Origin: the human T2T-CHM13v2.0 reference genome, Homo sapiens
Length of the DNA: 64,000 nucleotides
Assembly: GCF_009914755.1 (NCBI RefSeq)
Contig: NC_060928.1
Direction: 5' to 3' (one strand)
A model generated the notes under the pieces. The model was not told the origin of the DNA. It worked only from the letters and a program-made list of their open reading frames with translations, and ran no database searches. Below, piece by piece: positions 62,180 to 64,000 of the stretch; within the stretch, counting starts at the first letter, position 1, and each line of letters opens with the position of its first letter. A program made the translations under genes and the position numbers.

Positions 62180-63480
62180 CATAATGTTGAAGATAGCAGT
62201 TACAGGATTTGCTGATGGATTGATTGTTTTAAGACAAAGAAAATTCAAAGATTTTGACTTGGATAAATGAGGTGGTGCTTATTATAATGGAAAAGAAAAC
62301 CAGAATGGGAGGCTTAGGAAGTATAATTTCAGAAATCCAATATTGAGATACCAAATATTCAACTGGAAATGTCAAGAAGCCTGGAGTTTATGAAAGAAAT
62401 CTGGTTTAGAGACAGACATTTGTATTGATTGGCATGTGTGTATACATATATATATTTTGAAAAAGTATACATATTCTATATATATGTATATATAGTATAG
62501 TCTATACATATAAATTATATCCCATAGTTTAATATATATATGTGCTATATTACATACACAGAAAGAGTACTATACTATATATAGTAGTACTATACTGTAT
62601 ATATATATAAGCATATATATGTATGTATACAGAGATTGAATGAGAAAACTTAAGTAATAAGATAAGTTAGAAAACACCTATGTCATGGATTGAGGTCTGA
62701 AATGTGTAAAAGTTTAAACGACTAGAAGAGGAGCAGAAATCATCAGAGAAGCTGAGAATGAGTTTCCAAATATGCAGATCCAGAATTAAAAAAGAGAAAA
62801 ACCTCTAAAATCAAGTGAAAAGAGGGCTTCAATAAAAGGTAGTGACCAACTACATCTAATACAGCTGATAAAACATTTATGCTCAGAGAAATTACCATTG
62901 AATTTGTCAACATTGGTTACCTTAACAAGAGCTATTTTACTGGAGCAACGGGGTGGAGGGGGAAGACTGAAGAACCTTCAAGAAAAAGATTAAAAGGTAC
63001 AAAAAGGATGCAGTTTGCACTGACAACTCATTAAGAAAATTTTGTTATAAAGAGAAGCAGAGGCCGGGCGCGGTGGCTCACACCTGTAATCCCAGCACTT
63101 TGGGAGGCCGAGACGGGTGGATCACGAGGTCAGGAGTTCAAGACCAGCTTGGCCAAGATGGTGAAACCACGTCTCTACTAAAAATACAAAAAAAAAAAAA
63201 TTAGCCGGGCGTGGTGGCACGCACCTGTAATCCCAGCGAGTCCGGAGGCTGAGACGGAGAATTGCTTAAACCTGGAGGGGCGGAGCTTGCAGTGAGCCCA
63301 GATAGCACCACTGTACTCCAGCCTGCTGGGTGACAGAGGGAGACTCCGTCTCAAAAAAAAAAAAAAAAAAGAGAAGCAGAGACATGTAGGGTAGATGCAT
63401 TGTGCCTGAAGAAGGATGATATTTTGACATATGTACATTGATGGAAAAATCTTGTGATTTGATGACACAGGAGAAAAAGA
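62180..63480 (-). mobile_element. L2 fragments interrupted by a TA-rich tract (62435-62630) and an Alu
   Basis: acaggatttgctgatggattg, ccattgaatttgtcaac and gacaactc..aattttgttataaag are L2 reverse-complement motifs. Confidence 0.65.
63062..63370 (+). mobile_element. AluSg-class element
   Basis: Full dimer, ggatcacgaggtcaggagttc..ggccaagatgg; exact 13-bp TSD aaagagaagcaga at 63049-63061 and 63368-63380. Confidence 0.93.
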
Positions 63481-64000
63481 GAAGACACAAGATCATTTTT
63501 GCAAAACTGACAAGTAATTTGATGGTACGTGACTAAAGGTGATTTGCAATGAGGGGAACATCACATAAGCTCATATAATAGCAAAAATGGTAAAACATAT
63601 AAGTAGAGGCTCAGTACAGTAGGTAGAGATTCTTTATGGTCTGTGTGAATAATAAATATCAAATATAAATTTAGATTATTTCTTACAGATAGCTGTGATA
63701 TCATTACCCCCTAAAAACATAAAAGGAAATCTAAATTCTATTTTGTGCTGACAATGGAATTACACAACAGTGCCTCTGCTTTCTTGCATGTGTGACTTCA
63801 TGACCACATTGTATTATCCAAACATTTAGAAATAAGCCACCAATAAGGATATACAGTTGCCATCAGGTCATAGTTAAACATATTTGATTTAAAAAATAGC
63901 TCTAAAAGAACACATATGCATTTGTGTACATGCACAAGTAGAGAAAGGGAACTGTCCTCAGCTAATAAAATATTAAACATATTCACCCTCACAATGGTAA

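Overview
AT-rich primate genomic DNA, almost certainly human because it carries an L1HS pre-Ta element. It is intergenic or deep-intronic, and roughly half is interspersed repeat: Alus, L1 of many ages, L2/L3/MIR, MaLR/ERVL LTRs, two complete THE1 proviruses, a decayed ERV with env, and DNA transposons. I see no intact protein-coding gene, RNA gene, CRISPR array or new multi-gene system. The long ORFs are L1/THE1 remnants or artefacts of a stop-poor TA-rich repeat. Most interesting: (1) a human-specific, twin-primed L1HS pre-Ta nested in an older inverted, tail-less L1PA (25.0-28.4 kb); (2) a 34-nt microexon candidate with near-consensus splice sites on the minus strand (22845-22878); (3) a 1.26-kb structured (ATATATATGCA)n VNTR; (4) a cryptic ERV env remnant with a decayed immunosuppressive domain; (5) an AluJ with about 48 bp of extra sequence inside its TSDs. 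Subfamily names come from remembered consensus sequences, not a database search. Boundaries without TSDs are approximate.
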